Below, piece after piece: positions 33,775-47,612 of a stretch of 64,000 nucleotides of DNA. A program made the position numbers and the translations under genes. The DNA comes from Octopus vulgaris (Eukaryota), in assembly GCA_951406725.2 (NCBI GenBank), contig OX597841.1, positions 14,074,001 to 14,138,000 on the forward strand, given 5' to 3'. Each line of letters starts with the position of its first letter. Position 1 is the first letter of the stretch. Under the pieces are notes generated by a model. That model ran no database searches. It was given only the letters and a program-made list of their open reading frames with translations, and was not told the DNA's origin.

Positions 33775-35742
33775 CCTCCACCGACTTAGTACCTTAGAAG
33801 AAAACTATTAATTCTTTAACTTATTTTTTAAGCCTTAACCTTATAGATCCCTTAATCCCTATTTGTTACCTTTATTCCTAAATAATTTAACATTTAACTG
33901 GTTTCTCCATTCATGCTTACCTACACATTCCCCCTTTGTGAGACCCATACCCCCATTGCTAGAAATATTTCTATAGCCATAAAAAAATTCCTGCCCCAAC
34001 CCCTAAAAACTTGAAGAACAGCACTGGCATCCACTATCCCCTTCTCTTTGAATCCCTTTCCTTTTATTTTACTTTATTTTGTATTTTTTATGTTATCTTC
34101 CTTTACCTTCCTCCTCTCCCCTTATCTACCCTGGGTACATTTATTTTTCTGGTTTATTTTTATATTCCTTATTTTATTCTTCCTACCAATCCTTGCCAAT
34201 CCCCTACCAATTGCATTCCTCCTTTTCTCTCTCTCTCTCTACCTCCAGTTTCCCTACCAATACCCCCTCTCTCTCTCTCTTTCTGTTTTACTCTTTTACT
34301 CTTTTACTTGTTTCAGTCATTTGACTGCAGCCATGCTGGAGCACCGCCAGTACTTATTCTATCGGTCTCTTTTGCCGAACCGCTAAGTTACGGGGACGTA
34401 AACACACCAGCATCGGTTGTCAAGCAATGCTAGGGGGACAAACACAGACACAAACACATACACACACATATATATATATACATATATACGACAGGCTTCT
34501 TTCAGTTTCCGTCTACCAAATCCACTCACAAGGCATTGGTCGGCCCGGGGCTATAGCAGAAGACACTTGCCCAAGATGCCACGCAGTGGGACTGAACCCG
34601 GAACCATGTGGTTGGTTAGCAAGCTACTTACCACACAGCCACTCCTGCGCCTATACTTACTTTTCTTTCTCTTTATCCCTCAATAGACATTTCTGCTTTC
34701 ATCCTCTTTTGAACCAGAACCATCCATATGTCGCATTTCTCCCTGGATATTTACACAATGAAGGCTCTAATCATAGCTGGATTTACACAGGATTGAACCA
34801 AAAGACTTCTGGACTACCACCTTCACTATCAGAAAGTAGAACTGCGAACTTTTATGTTTCTTTTTTTCTTCATTCCTTTCTTTCTTTATTTCTCCAGTCC
34901 CTTATTTCATCATTTCCTTAATCCCTACCCTTCACATTTACCCTATTTGTCTCCAATTACGGAATATCCCATATTTTGGGATATCCCAGAAATAGCTGTA
35001 AGATTAAACATTTTTCTAATAATAATAACGATGGGTAGGACTTGAGATGTTTGTCCTACCTTAGCGCTTGTTGTCCTTTTTAACAAATATATATCAGCTA
35101 TATCAGAAATCTACAAGGGTTCCATAACTCCCGTCCCAGCTACAACCTTGGAGCCCTGGTAATCCGTTACAGTACTTACCTGGCGTACCTAGTCGTTTAG
35201 ATCACCTTTGAACTAAACCCCCATATTTTGTGTGTGTGTGTGTGTGTGTGTCTGTGTCTGTTTGTCCCCCACCGCCGTAGGTTACTGTGTTTACGACCCC
35301 CCCCCCCCCGTGACTTAGCAGTTCGGCAACAAACACCGACAGAATGAGTGAGTACCAGACTTAACGAATGAGTACTTGGGTCGACTCATTCAAAACTAGA
35401 ATTCTTCAAGGCGCTGCCCCAGCATGGCCACAGACAAAATGGCTGAAACAAGTAAATGGTAGAATACAGACCAATAAGAGAGTTAAAAGCTAGAACACCC
35501 CCATGTCTTTAGCAGAGAATACTGAAGAGGAAGGCCCGTGTGTGTGTGTGTGTGTGTGTGTTAGTGCATTTGGGGGTGGGGGTGTTTGGTAGATCATGTG
35601 ACAATGCGTAGAGAGACCTAGTTAATGACATTCCATCATGTGGTGTGTGGATTTTATTAGTAAACATGTGCAGACAGGCAGGCAGACAGGAAGAGAGAGA
35701 GAGAGAGAGATGGAGAGATGGAGAGATGGATGGATAATGGTT

Positions 35743-35789
<47 letters not shown>

Positions 35790-35841
35790 CAGACAGACAG
35801 ACGGACAGCAAGAGAGAGAGAGACATAGATAGATAGATAGC

Positions 35842-35875
<34 letters not shown>

Positions 35876-35981
35876 AAGAGAGAGAGAAAGAGAGAGATGG
35901 AGAGATGGATGGATAATGGTTAGACAGAGAGAGAGAGACAGACAGACAGATAGCAAGAGAGAGAGACATAGATAGATAGAT

Positions 35982-36026
<45 letters not shown>

Positions 36027-36101
36027 CAGAGAGATGGGTAGACAGAACTGATAGATATGAACTGATAGATAGATAGATAGATAACGGAGTGTCAGAGAGA
36101 A

Positions 36102-36185
36102 TTTGTTGACATGGAGAAGGCCTTTGACAGGGTTCTCTTTGGTTGTGATCAGGGTGTCACTGGAGAAACTTGGAATAAATGAACA
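36102..36185 (+). mobile_element. Tiny LINE reverse-transcriptase fragment
   Basis: FVDMEKAFDRV followed (frameshifted) by VIRVSLEKLGINE. Confidence 0.65.
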
Positions 36186-36265
36186 GACAGATTATATATA
36201 TATATACATACATACACACACACACACACATAAAATCAAAATAAGCAACAGGATATCCAGAGGTG

Positions 36266-36353
36266 ATGCAGTACGACCGTTTCATGCAGCTCCATTTAAT
36301 TGAACAATGCAATAATTGCATCAATTTAAATGCAGAGCAATCCTCAGCTGCAT
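36266..36353 (-). ncRNA. Putative type I hammerhead ribozyme (CUGAGGA core) with long stem II
   Basis: ATGCAG-CTGAGGA-[57-nt hairpin]-GAAA-CGGTCG-TA-CTGCAT; perfect 6-bp stem I, GUA cleavage triplet. Confidence 0.72.
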
Positions 36354-36411
36354 AAATAAATAAATAAATAGAATTTATAATCAGTCAGACACATCAATAT
36401 AATTTTATTCA

Positions 36412-36499
36412 ATGCAGCTGAGGATAGCCCTTCATTTTAATTGATGTAATTATTGCACTGTTCAATTGAATGGAGCTGCTTGAAACGGTTGTACCGCAT
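36412..36499 (+). ncRNA. Putative type I hammerhead, diverged inverted partner
   Basis: ATGCAG-CTGAGGA-[hairpin]-GAAA-CGGTTG-TA-CCGCAT, in the right arm of the 36231-36534 inverted repeat. Confidence 0.62.
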
Positions 36500-37592
36500 C
36501 ACGTCTGGATATCCTGTTGCATATTTTGAATTTATTCACCTTACTTTGAGTTGTACGGATAATACCACACTGATTTGGTGCTTCAACTTGAGTATCTAGT
36601 TGAACTGAATCTCAATTCGCTGACGTGGCCGATGACAGTACCCCCTGATTGGCACTCGTGCCAGTGGAACGTTGGAAGCACATCCAAGCGTGGGGTGCAA
36701 CCAACCCACTTATGAGTACCTCTCGTTCATTGCACAATGAACTTTGCTTGCGAAGACCTAATATCGCTCGACAACCGATGCTGGTGTGTTTACGTCCCCG
36801 TAACTTAGCGGTTCGGCAAAAGAGAGACCGATAGAATAAGTACAAGGATTACAAAGAATAAGTCCTGGGGGTCGATTAGTTCGACTAAAGGTGGTGCTCC
36901 AGCATGGCCACAGTCAAATGACCGAAACAAATAAACGAGTAAAAGAACAAGCATATTAAAAGGGGTCCATGGGGAAACTCATTTAAATAAAAGGGTTGCG
37001 AACCACTGCCCTAACTCATCATCTTGCCCCCACAGTTATTTATTTGACTAAAGGGGGCACAATATGTCCCCTGTTCACTGTACACTGTAACTAGGGATGC
37101 TACATGTTCTATCTGACCCCTCTCGCCAAAACCCTACTTCCCCTCCCTCCCTCCCCCATCTTTAACCCCTCAGTGAACCTCTCATACTGCCCCCTCTACC
37201 ATTAACTCCTCAGTAGACCCCTCTTTCTGCCACTCTCTCTCTGAACCCCTCCCCCAATCCTTATCCCCTCTTCAAGCCCCCTCTCCCAAATACTCTCCTC
37301 TCCTCCCTCATCTCTCTGACCCTCTCTCTCACCAACATTACACTTTCCTCTCATCCTTATCCCCCCCATATACACACTCAGACCCCTCTCCTTCCAAAAC
37401 TCTACCCGCTGTCCCTCATCCACATCCCTCGCCCTTATTATTCTTGCTCTCTCTTACCATGATGAGAAACAGAGTGAGACAATTGGGCACAGCAGTTTGG
37501 GCGCTGGCGACTCGGCATGGCTGACTGCACACTCACCCTATTTTGGTGACAGTACGTTTTGGCACTGGAGGTAAGCAAACATACACACAGAA

Positions 37593-37628
<36 letters not shown>

Positions 37629-37662
37629 CACTCATATATATATATGTATATGTATATATATT

Positions 37663-37731
<69 letters not shown>

Positions 37732-37744
37732 ATGAATCATCATC

Positions 37745-37846
<102 letters not shown>

Positions 37847-37984
37847 CGGAGATGTACTTGCGTAGCAAGTGATCTGAACTGAGATCGTGTGCTGGAACGA
37901 AAACAATTGCAGCGTGGAAGGTGTTTATAAGACATTAAAGAAACACACAAAAGCCGTTCGATTCACTTCAACATTTAAGTTTAA

Positions 37985-38035
37985 TTTGTCAAAGTATTTT
38001 CGTCGCTTTGAGACCGCGACCTGTTCACTGTCAAA
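37985..38035 (-). ncRNA. Putative hammerhead, GUGAACA (G3-C8) variant, third copy
   Basis: TTTGACA-GTGAACA-G-GTCGC ggtctcaaa GCGAC-GAAA-ATAC-TT-TGACAAA; perfect 5-bp stem II. Confidence 0.58.
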
Positions 38036-38100
38036 ATTCCGTGCAGCATCTATCTATCTATCTATCTCTATCTATCTATCTCTATCTGTCTATCTATCTG

Positions 38101-38169
<69 letters not shown>

Positions 38170-38236
38170 TTATCTATGTATCTCTATCTATCTATATCTA
38201 TCTATCTATCTATCTCCACACATATATATATATATC

Positions 38237-38298
<62 letters not shown>

Positions 38299-38376
38299 GA
38301 TATATATATATATATATGTGTGGAGATATATATATATATATAATCAGTTTATTATTTATATATATATATATAAAAT

Positions 38377-38414
38377 CTGTTACTCTGAGTTTCCCGTTTC
38401 CGTTCGTCGGACAG
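38377..38414 (-). ncRNA. Putative minimal hammerhead, variant core CCGACGA
   Basis: CTGT-CCGACGA-A-CG gaaa CG-G-GAAA-CTCAGAG-TA-ACAG; the inverted partner starts at 38431 and runs into the gap. Confidence 0.55.
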
Positions 38415-38450
38415 TTTTTTCTAGCAAAAATTGTCCGACGAACGGAAACG

Positions 38451-38550
38451 NNNNNNNNNNNNNNNNNNNNNNNNNNNNNNNNNNNNNNNNNNNNNNNNNN
38501 NNNNNNNNNNNNNNNNNNNNNNNNNNNNNNNNNNNNNNNNNNNNNNNNNN
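38451..38550. other. Assembly gap (100 N)
   Basis: Run of n. Confidence 1.
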
Positions 38551-38706
38551 TATGTATATACTAATAAAAAAGGGTTCACCGAATTCTACTTGGTGAAATT
38601 ATTAATTACTTCTTAATTAATTAAATTTTACCCTTTGTTATATATATATATATATGGCGGTGCCCCAGCATGGCCACAGCTCGTGAGCTGAAACTAGAAT
38701 CAATCA

Positions 38707-38749
<43 letters not shown>

Positions 38750-39737
38750 ATATATATATGTATTTCAAGAAAGGAAAAGGTAATATATTAGTGTTGAATA
38801 GAAATCTAAGTGTGTGTGTGTGTGTGTATATTACTAGAAGAGAGAGAGACCGATTGTGTACGTGCAGTTGGAGTTAGTGCAATGAAAGTGGTTAAGATTA
38901 TATGAGAGAGAGAGAGAGAAAGTGTGTGTGTGTGTGTGTGTGTATTTGTGTAGGTGCAAATGTTGCCGTGTGGTAAGACGTCTGTTTCCCAACCACATGG
39001 TTCGGGGGTTCAGTCCCCTTGTGCTTTCACCTTTCCTTAGATGTTCTCTACGCTATTTGCTGCCTTGGGCCGGCCGACTTAAAAATTCGAGAGTGGATTT
39101 GGTTGGGCAGAAACTGAAAGAAGCCCGCCGTGTGTTTGTGTTTGTCCCCCCCCCCCCCACCCCTACCACTGCTTGGCAACTTAGCGGGTCGGCACAAGAG
39201 ATCGATTAAATAAGTGCCAAGCTTCAAAGAAAAAAAGAAAAAAGTCCTGGGGTCAATTCGTTCGCCTAAAACTCTTCAAGACCATGCTCCAGCATGGCAG
39301 CTGTCAAATGAGGAAGCAAGATTATATATATATATATTTACTCTTTTACTTGTTTCAGTCATTTGACTGCGGCCATGCTGGAGCACCGCCTTTAGTCGAG
39401 CAATTCGACCCCAGGACTTATTGTTTGTAAGCCCAGTACTTATTCTATCGGTCTCTTTTGCCGAACCGCTAAGTGACGGGGACGTAAACACACAAGCATC
39501 GGTTGTCAAGCAATGCTATGGGGATAAACACAGACACACAAACATATACACACACATATATATATATACATACACATATACGACATATATATATATCATC
39601 ATCATCATCATTTAGCATCTGCTTTCCATGCTGGCATGAGTTGGACGGTTCAACTGGGGTATGGGAAGCCAGAAGGCTGCACCAGGCCCAGTCTGATCTG
39701 GCAATGTTTCTACGGCTGGATGCCCTTCCTAATGCCA

Positions 39738-39773
<36 letters not shown>

Positions 39774-40297
39774 ATATGTATACATATGTAAAGCCTATGT
39801 CAGGTCACAGAGTGACCAATGGCTTTACACCCACAAAGGGCTTAGCCCCATGGACGGTTTGTCAGACTCTATATATTGTTTGAAATAGGTCAGAAATAAG
39901 CTGGGTTTAAGTGGGATCTGATGAAGGCCCAGCCGATCCCTCTTTATGATTTACACATTTTCTCTAGAAAGAAGACGTGATGTGGTTGGTGGCCGACTGT
40001 TGGGTACCAAGTAATGCCAAGTGACCCCTGTAGAAGGATCATGTTGAAACAGAGGTAGGCCAAGGAAGACGTGGAAATAAGGGATGACAGATGCTGGGCT
40101 CCGGAGGCTGACCCTCAAAAAAGGCTGTGCTGTATGCAACCCAAATCCATCCATGCCAGGAGGAAAGAGCTATAGCTGGTACTTGTGAGTTAGAACCACA
40201 TGGGAGCATGGGCCATGCTTTTGCTAATTTGCTTTAGGTGCCCATGTAATGACGGGCAGACGCACACATCCTCTTGGGTCACACACTGTTAACCCGG

Positions 40298-41463
40298 CAG
40301 CGTTTCTCAACCGAGGTTCCCCCGAACCCTAGGGTTCTGCAGAAGGTTCCTAGGGATTCTGTGAGAAAGAGTGAGATAAACCAATGCTAATTTCATGATT
40401 GTATAATTACTAGACATGCATTGTCATATAGATATCATACTATCTAATATGTTATGTTATCAAAAACATATAACAACCATTGGAGATATATTCAATGAGG
40501 TCTGTAATTTATGGATGCCCTAAATATGTATGTGTGTGTTTGTATATCATCATCATCATCATATGTCCGTTTTCCATGCTAGCATGGGTTGGACAGTTCG
40601 ACTGGGGTCTGGGAAGCCAGGAGGCTGCACCAGGCTCCAATCTGATCTGGCAGAGTTTCTACAGCTGGATGCCCTTCCTAACGCCAACCACTCCATGAGT
40701 GTAGTGGGTGCTTTTTATGTGCCACTGGCACAGGTGCCAGGAGAGGCTGGCAATGGCCACGATCGGTTGGTGCTTTTTATGTGCCACTGGCACAGAAGCC
40801 AGTCAACGTGGCGCTGGCATCGGCCACGTTTGGATGGTGCTTTTTACGCGACACCGGCACAGGTATCACGACTACAATTTCCATTGATTTTTGATGTTGA
40901 TGTACTTGGCTCTATAGGTCTCCTCAAGCACAGGGTCAAAACGGTGTTCGACCCTGTATATATATATATATGTTGCCAGCCTCGCCTGGCCCCCGTACCG
41001 GTGGCACGTAAAAGCACCATCCATTCGTGGCTGTTGCCAGCCTTGCCTGGCCCCTGTGCCGGTGGCACATAAAAGGCACCATCTGTCTGTGGCCGTTTGC
41101 CAGCTCCGTCTGGCACCTGTGTGGGTGGCACGTAAAAAGCACCCACTACACTCACGGAGTGGTTGGCGTTAGGAAGGGCATCCAGCTGTAGAAACTCTGC
41201 CAGATCAGACTGGAGCCTGGTGCAGCCCCTGGCTTCCCAGACCCTGGTCGAACCGTCCAACCCGTGCAAGCATGGAAAACGGACGCTAAATGATGATGAT
41301 GATGATATATATATATATATATATATATATGATATTTACCATGTTAACTATGATGAAAATAATATGAGAAAGATATGGTCTATAACCATTTTTTGTAGGG
41401 TTTCCTTGAGACATGTAATTTATTTGAAGGGTCACGCAAGGGTAAAAAGGTTGAGAAACACTG
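40298..41463. mobile_element. hAT-like MITE interrupted by two oppositely oriented family C SINEs
   Basis: CAGCGTTTCTCAACC ... GGTTGAGAAACACTG termini. Confidence 0.55.
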
Positions 41464-41877
41464 TAGTAGAGCATTGTTGATGTGGCAGCTAGACATAGAG
41501 ATAAGGGGCTGCACCAGTAGTCAGCTGGTATTCTTTCTCAGCAGATGAAGTACCTTGCTCAAGGTTACAATGTACTGCTCGCTACAGGTATTGAACCCAC
41601 GGTGAATGTAATAGAAGGTGTTATATAAAATTGATGCATGATTTTAATTGGAGGTGCTTTCATGTGATAATCCAAGGTGGACGTGGGTCGTCAGTATTGA
41701 AAGGGTTGACATTGTAGCCAAGGACACTGGTCGATTGACTAGTTGCGAAATAAATATACGATATATATATTATGTAAAAAATATATATTGTCGTTAGGTT
41801 AATTAATGTGTCTCATTAACCTAGAAACTACTGTGAATGTGTTGATGACCTGAAGGTCAAAAGATGGAATATATTAG

Positions 41878-41909
<32 letters not shown>

Positions 41910-44186
41910 TGATTGAACTGTTTGTGTGGTTGGTGGCCCTGTTAGAAATGGCAGTCAAATCTCTCAACTTACACAAGTGGATTTGGTAACTGGAAACTGA
42001 AAGAAGCTTTTATGTATGTATGTATGTTTGTGCATGTATGCATATATATGTATGTGTATGTATGTATGTATTCTTTTATTTTATTTGTTTCAGTCATTTG
42101 ACTGCAGCCAGGCTGGAGCACCGCCTTTAGTCGAACAAACTGACCCCAGGACTTATTTTTATGTAAGCCTAGTACTTATTCTATTGATCACTTTCACTGA
42201 ATCGCTAAGTTACAGGGGACGTAAACACACCAGCATTGGTTGTCAAGCAATAGTAGGGTGGGGACAAGCACAGACACAAACATATACATACATATATATA
42301 TACATACACGACTGTGTGTATACCAGTTTCCATGTACCAGATCCACTCACAAGGCTTTGGTTGGCCTGAGGCTATAGTAGATGCTTGCCCAAGGTACCAC
42401 GCAGTGGGACTGAACCTGGAACCATGTGGTTGGTAAGCAAGCTACTTACCACATAGCCACTCCTGTATGTGTGTGTGTGTGTGAGTGTGCATATATATAT
42501 ATGTAATTTGTGTGTATATATCTATATATACACATGCATAATCTGTGTGTATACCCCAACCGTTTGACAACCAGTGTTGGTTTGTTTATATCCCTGTAGC
42601 TTAGCAGTTGGCAAAAAAAAAGATCGATAGAAAAAGGCTTTAAAAAAGGATTAATACTGGGGTGGATTTGTTTGACTAAAAGCTGTCAATTTGGTGCACC
42701 AGCATGGCCACACTCCAATGATTGAAGCAAATAAGAGATAAAATCCCTGGAGCTGATGTAATCGACTAGTCCCCCCCTCCCTTCTCACGCCCCCTAAATT
42801 CCAGGCGAGCTGGCAGAATCGTTAGCGCACCGGACAAAATGCTTAGTGATAGTTTTTGTCCATCGTTACTTTCTGAGTTCAAATTCTGCCGCGGTCGACT
42901 TTGCTTTTCGTCATTTTGGGGTCGAAGAGATAAATACCAGTGGACACACTCGGCTCAATAAAATTGACTGGTCCTTCCCTCTGAATTTCAAGCCTTGTCC
43001 CTGTGGTAGGAAGAAGGATCGTGGCTTTTATTGGGTTTTTCCACGAGTAACCCTTTCGAAGCGCCTCCCCCTATTGGCAGTTTTAATTGTTACTTATTTT
43101 TCGTTGTCGTCCTGCTTTTGTACACGGGCCTTTTGCAAACGGACAAAACCCTGTGTTTTGTCCCTTTATGTTTTGATTGAATTTTGTCAGCCCTTGTGGC
43201 CAATAGACGAACGAATTAATTATTATTATTATTATTATTATTAAGGTGGCCGGCTGGCAGCATTGTTAGCATGCTGGACGAAATGCTCAGCAGTGTTTTG
43301 CCTGCAGCTACAGTGTGAGTTCAAATTACGCTCCTCTTGGGGTCGATAGATTAAGGACAAGCAAAACTCTGGGGTCGATATCTATTTCTTTACTACCCAC
43401 AAGGGGCTAAACACAGAGGAGATAAACAAGGACAGACAAAGGGATTAAGTTCATTACCTCGACCCCAGTGCGTAACTGGTACTTAATTTATCGACCCCGA
43501 AAGGATGAAAGGCAAAGTCGACCTCGGCGGAATTTGAACTCAGAACGTAACGACAGACGAAATACCGCTAAGCATTTCGCCCAGCGCACTAACGCTTCTG
43601 CCAGCTCGCCTGGGGTCGATATAATCGACTTATCCCCTCTCCCCCAAATTTCAGGCCTTGTGCCTTTTGTAGAAAGGATTATTACCTCTGCCTTCGCTAA
43701 GGCGGATGTATTGTTTTCAGTCATGTTTGTTTGTTTTTTTGTCTGTGGACAAGATTTCTCAAGAACAGCTGGATGGATTTGGAGAAAACTTTCAGAGATG
43801 TTTGGCCTCGTGACTAGCACAAACTGATTAGATTTTGGGATCAACCTGATACCGGACAAGGATTCTGGATTATTTGTTATATTTACTTTACACGAAGTAT
43901 TACAATCTTATGTTCACTTTCAAGTCTTTCTCTGATTATCTCCCTTGAAAGCACTCTCATGGTTTCCACTTAAGTTATGGTAGCATTGCTGTTTCCAAAA
44001 ATGAAGGCAAGGAGTTGCTAAAATCGCTAGCACACCGGGTGAAATGCTTTTACGATCTGAATTTGAATTCCGCCAGGATTGTCTTTGCTTTTCATCATTT
44101 CAGGGTCGATAAATTAAGTACCAGTGAAACACTGGGGTCAATATATAATCGACTAGTCCCCTCCTCCAAAATTTCAGGCCTTGTGC

Positions 44187-44363
44187 CCAGGGCTGCGGAG
44201 TCGAAACAAAAAACTTCAACTTTGACTCTTGACTCCTCTACTATTGGCACCTCCGACTCCAACTCCTGTGTGTAATTAAGTGATTGTGGTCTAGTTTACC
44301 GACTCCGACTCCAGCTACCCTTTAATTGTTTCCGAATCCATGCCTCCGACTCCACAGCCCTGG
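44187..44363. mobile_element. Small MITE with GACTCC subterminal repeats
   Basis: CCAGGGCTGCGGAGTCG ... CGACTCCACAGCCCTGG TIRs. Confidence 0.7.
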
Positions 44364-45784
44364 TTAGCACGTTGGATAAAACGCTTTACCCTTCATCCTT
44401 CTGGGGTCGATGAAATAAGCACCAGCTGAACTCTAGGGATCGATTGCAGGCCTCGAACTTGCACCAAAATTTGCAATCAATAATACAATGAATTGGATGT
44501 GGCCCACGGAGAGAGGTTTAGATCAACCGAGAATTGAACTTTGGTGTAGCAACAAGCTGTCTTTTGCATGTCCTGATAGTCTTTTATTTTTATCTTTGTG
44601 CTGTTATCATCCTAATCTTCAGTTGTGGTCTATAAGCCATTTTCTGATTAAGTGAAGTGAAATTATTTTTTTTTGTTCTTTGCTGTTTATTGTTTATTTT
44701 TAAAAGAATTTTTTTATTTTATTGTTCAGAAATTGCAGGGCCCAGGGTCGGTACAACTCCTGTTTATTATGTAGCCAGTTTTATTCTTCTGCCCATAAGT
44801 TGATCCGACCACGACTATCCGATCTTTTATACAGGCATTGTCCATCTTGGACCACATTATCTCGAGGTGCTAACTTCTTAAACCACATGACCATGCTTGT
44901 CTTTTCCTTTCTTTTCTTTCTTCCTTGCTTCAGATTCCACCGTGGTTGGCTTTGTCCTTCATCCATTTGGGAATTGATGAATTAAGTACCAGTTACACAT
45001 TGGGGTTGAGGTAATAGACTTACCTCCCTCACAAAATTTCAGGCCTTGTGTTTACAGTAGAAAGGATTATGTGTGTATATATACTTGACAACCAATGTTG
45101 GTGTGTTTATGTCCCTGTAGCTTAGCAGCTCGGCAAAGGAGATCAAAAGAATAAATACAATCTTAAAAAAAGGGGGTCTGGGTTTGATTCATTCAACTAA
45201 AAATTCTTCATGGCTGCAGTCTAATGATTGAAACCAGTAAAAGGTAAAAAATAACTCTTAACTGACTCCTGTGCAGGTGGCAAGTAAAGAAACACCTTTT
45301 CGACCCTGTGCTTGAGGAGACCTGTTGAGTCAAGTACATCAACATCAAAAATCAATGGAAATTGTAGTTGTGATCCCTGGGCCTGTGCATGTAAAAAGCA
45401 CCATCCGAACGTGGCCGATGCCAGCGCTGTGTTGACTGGCTACCATGCCGGTGGCACGTAAAAAGCACCAACCGATCGTGGCTGTTGCCAGCCTCTCCTG
45501 GCACATAAAAAGCACCCACTACACTTCACGGAGTGGTTGGCGTTAGGAAGGGCATCCAGCTGTAGAAACACTGCCAGATCAGACTGGAGCCCGGTGCGGC
45601 CTCCTGGCTTCCTAGACCCCGGTCGAACTATCCAACCCATGCTAGGACAGAAAGCGGACGTTAAACGATGATGATGATATCAATCCATGTTCCCAAAATG
45701 CGAATATTTTATGGCACTTTTCAAGGATGAGATTGTTTTTATTGTGGCAGTGCAAGAGACTAACAGTTATGGCTTTTGTGCCTG

Positions 45785-46600
45785 CTTAATTCTTTAACAT
45801 TGAGATTACTCTGTCAAATGTAATGCTTGTTTATTAACATTTTGTATTAATCCTGGATTATCTCACAGCTTTGAGATTTCCATAATGTGATTGTTTATGT
45901 TTTAGAATGACATTGTAGGGTAGGTGTGACAGGTTGGACATGGCTTGCTTGAACATAAAACCAGGTTTGGGTTGGATATGGCTGGTTAAAGAGAATAGGG
46001 AGTTTGTTGAGGGAAGATTTAGCTGTTACATTGTGTAAGGTCAAATGACAACATAGAAGCTCCCTCACTGGTCCCTGTGGTCCCTATTTTAACCCTTTAG
46101 CATTCAGATTCCTCTGTCAAATGTAACATTTATTCACATTGTTTTGCATTAATCCTGGATTATCTCAAAAGCTTTGAGATTTCAATGATGGGATTGTTTA
46201 TTTTTAGAATGACATTGTAGGGTAGGTGTGAGAGGCTGGATCTGGCCAGTTTGAATATAAAACAGGTAGAATCTTTGGACCTCAGATATGGCAGGTTTAC
46301 ATGCTAAAGGATTAAAGACAGTAAGGAGTCAGTCGAGAGGAGATTTGGCTGATACATTGTGTAAGGTCAGGTGATAAGTAGGAGTTGCCTCAATGGTTCA
46401 TGTGGTCCCTATTTTAATCCTTTAGCATTGAGATTATCTGCCAAATGTAATGTTTATTTCTTCATATTGTTTTCAATTAATGCTGCATTTATATCATAGC
46501 TTCAAGATATCAATGATGCGATTGTTTATTTTTAGAATGACATTGTAAGGTAGGTGCGAGAGGCTCCCTCTGGCCATTCTGAACATAAAAACAATTTGGG
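45785..46600. repeat. Three diverged ~300-bp tandem units built on a TTAA/CCCTTTAGCA MITE plus flank
   Basis: ctttagcatt.agatt..tctgtcaaatgtaa and ttagaatgacattgtagggtaggtgtga recur at ~45790, ~46090 and ~46415. Confidence 0.7.
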
Positions 46601-47554
46601 ACAGATATCATCATCATCGTTTAATGTCCGTTTTCCATACTTGCATGGGTTGGACAGTTTGACCGGGGCCTGGGAAGCCAGGAGGCTGCACCAGGCTCCA
46701 GTCTGATCTAGCAGTGTTTCTACAGATGGCTGCCCTTCCTAACGCCAACCACTCCGTGAGTGTAGTGGGTACTTTTTACATGCCAGGGGAGTCTGGCAGT
46801 GGTCACGATCAGTGGGTGCTTTTACGTGTCACCGACACGGACGCCAGTCAGGCGGCACTGGCAACTGCCACGTTCAGACGGTGCTTTTAACAGGTCACCA
46901 GCACGGGTATCTTAACTACAATTTCCATTTGATTTTCATTTTGATGTTGGTGTTAACGTACTTGACTCGATAGGTCTCCTCAAGAACAGCGGGTCACTCT
47001 ATAATCCAAGGTTAGCACAGCAGGCCATCCTGTGACAGGTTAAGCGAAACAGTGGAAATGTTGATATTGTGTAAGGTCAAGTGACTACATACATATCTCC
47101 TTTGATATGGTGGGTTGCTGCTATTCACTTTCGAAGACTCTAGAATAAAACAACATAGCCCTTATTCAAAAACGGGGGAAAAAAGGTTGGCAACCGGATG
47201 TACACATGACTGTAAAATCCTGTCACAACATTCACCCCCCCCCCCTCCTGCTTCTGGCCCATGCTAGCTTGGAAAAAAACAGGCTTTGAACGAACGAACA
47301 AAACAGTGTTTATGGCCAACTATGGTTTTGTATTCAGATCTCGTTGAGGTCAACTTTGACTCATTTTCCCTTGTTATTCTGCGGGCGGATGTGTGTGTCT
47401 TTGAAATAAAAGAACCATTAACATACTTGGTGGTGGTGTCAAAATTAAAAGCCTTGTGCTTCCGGGTAGGAATTTGTGTGTGTGTGTATGTATATATATA
47501 TGTATATATATATATGTATATATATATGTATATATATATATGTATATGTATATA

Positions 47555-47612
<58 letters not shown>

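Noticed and set aside
32915-35200. Candidate CPT1 first coding exons (donors near 32928, 34661, 35060, 35180)
   Set aside because: In the required phase they hit stops or show no CPT1 similarity; they could still be UTR exons.
39915-39940. CTGATGA-A-GGC cca GCC-GA partial hammerhead
   Set aside because: GAAA, stem III and cleavage site are missing; at best a relic.
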